A DNA stretch of 63,515 nt, the filler included, from Folioceros fuciformis (lineage: Eukaryota): NCBI GenBank assembly GCA_049999805.1. It is 11 parts of 11 records of this genome, joined end to end, with 100 filler letters (N's around TTAATTAATTAA, not from the genome) between each part and the next. Parts side by side here need not be neighbours in the genome. Positions count along the whole stretch, not along the records: positions 61,947 to 63,515 come from JBNGIO010003421.1; 10 more parts are not named here. One strand, written 5' to 3'. The position numbers were made by a program, and so were the translations under genes. Positions 61,947 to 63,515 of the stretch are shown here, piece by piece. Numbering within the stretch: position 1 is the stretch's first letter; every line of letters starts with the position of its first letter. The notes beneath the pieces were generated by a model. That model did not search any database. It was not told where the DNA came from and saw nothing but the letters and a program-made list of their open reading frames with translations.

Positions 61947-63515
61947 GGGCTCTACCTCTGCCTCTGCCAGAGTAGAAGGCCTGCTCAGAGTTTTCCTTAG
62001 GCTTAGAGGATGATTCCTCGCCTAGGTTTTTCTCCTCTATGATCAACATAGAAATCAGGTCTGAGAAATTGGGAATGTTTTCCCGAGTCTGTATGGAAGT
62101 CTTGAACTGCTTGTAGGCAGGTGTTAACCCGCGCAAGCAAACTTCGACCTTGTCATCATCTTCCACACTGACACCAATGGACGCAAGGGATTCCACTATC
62201 CCTTTGATCTTTAACGCGTACTCATTGATTGATAAGTTCTTCTTCATAACTGTGTTGAAGTCATTCTTCAACTGCAGTTTTCTCGCCTTCGTGTTAGTCT
62301 CATAGAGTTTTACCAACTCATCCCATGCTTCTTTGGGCGACTCTGCATCCTGTATGTGCCCAATCATGGTGTCATGAATGCTGATTGACAGCCAATACAT
62401 GACCTTCCAAGATCCTTGACTCCAATCCTTCAGCGCCTTAATCTGCTCCGCTGTTGCATTCCGTTCAAGTACTACAGGGGGTTTTTCATGCTCCCCCTCA
62501 ATGTAGTCCCAATAACCCTTTCCCATAAGAAAGTTTGTAAAACGAAACTTCCAGGCATGGAAGTTGTTTTTGTCCAGCTTCTCCTATACGANNNNNNNNN
62601 NNNNNNNNNNNNNNNNNNNNNNNNNNNNNNNNNNNNNNNNNNNNNNNNNNNNNNNNNNNNNNNNNNNNNNNNNNNNNNNNNNNNNNNNNNNGTTCAAGTA
62701 CTACAGGGGGTTTTTCATGCTCCCCCTCAATGTAGTCCCAATAACCCTTTCCCATAAGAAAGTTTGTAAAACGAAACTTCCAGGCATGGAAGTTGTTTTT
62801 GTCCAGCTTCTCTTACACAATCTGGTTAATACTGTCACTGGCCATTCTTGCCACCACTCAAGGTTGACACTCAATCCTTTCTTGAGTACTCACACCTGAT
62901 AAATGTCTGAAAGAACCAGACTGCTTCTGACTGGAGTTTTACTCACAAGACCTTAAGTCTCTTCTTCCTAAGAGCAATCTGGTGCGGAATCACGCTGCCT
63001 TGCGTGAACCAGATTGTCTCATGCTCCGTGTCCTTACAGACTCTTGACTGTCTGCCCACAAAGCTCCCGTGAGATTTCCTGTCAATTCCTTCCCTACTGC
63101 CAAGCTAGGGTTAGCACACTTTCTTGCAGCTGTTGCCTCCACTTGTCAGCCCTTCCACAGAGCTCTGGGGATCAACAGCTAGTCCAGTAAGCTGACAGGG
63201 CCTTCTCGCCCTTCTCCTCACTTCCTGCACACACCGATATGAGAGTTAGCTGCCGGGACGCTTGCTGCCGATCTCCCTCCAAGCTGCTCCAACTTCTCGT
63301 AGCTGCTCTAGCTTCTGGTGTGCACTCTTGCTGCCTCTTGCAGCACCTCCTACGCCGATCTTGCACCGCCTGCACCGGGCTCTGATACCATGTCAATAGG
63401 ATCGACTCCAATGTACGTGCAAGTGTAGGAGAGGAGAGGAGAGAAGAGAGGGTGGTATTGGTGATCACAACCATGAAAACAATACACATCACCACTGTCT
63501 TACTATGGAGGTCCG
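61947..63515 (-). mobile_element. 5' part of a Ty1/copia: LTR (63391 to window end), PBS, leader and gag (ATG 62845)
   Basis: GCTCTGATACCA at 63379-63390 is the reverse complement of the iMet PBS, next to TG. gag reads KLDKNNFHAWKF..GKGYWDYIEG..AWDEL..ARKLQL..LRGL..GRGRG. Confidence 0.92.

Noticed and set aside
62462-62812. Tandem duplication of the gag N-terminus
   Set aside because: Identical sequence on both sides of a 100-N gap; most likely an unmerged overlap.

Overview
Eukaryotic nuclear DNA from a land plant, probably a seed-free lineage with compact genes and ~80-200 nt GT-AG introns. The window is about 11 assembly pieces joined by artificial N44-TTAATTAATTAA-N44 linkers, with internal 100-N gaps whose flanks sometimes overlap. 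Gene islands encode an At2g27730-like mitochondrial protein, an At2g15860-like protein, RPL18, an NPF/PTR transporter, a PIP1 aquaporin, PHAX, an MFS transporter, MEE59, ZRSR2/RGH3, VPS37, a 2OG-Fe(II) oxygenase and a Tat-targeted thylakoid lumen protein. Between them lie decayed transposons: RTEX-like, L1-like and CRE-like (restriction-like endonuclease) non-LTR elements, a complete Ty1/copia nested in the left TIR of a complete MULE, and further copia and gypsy fragments. Three observations stand out. (1) A decayed, intron-containing gene at ~21.9-23.9 kb encodes a prokaryote-type beta-class N4C/N6A DNA amino-methyltransferase fused to an unknown N-terminal domain, with a repeated CG-rich palindromic motif; it looks like cargo of an unrecognised mobile element. 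(2) The long intron of the minor-spliceosome factor ZRSR2 holds a candidate poison exon with U12-type splice signals. (3) The PIP1 aquaporin has no cysteine at all. All family assignments come from motif recognition by eye; no database search was run.
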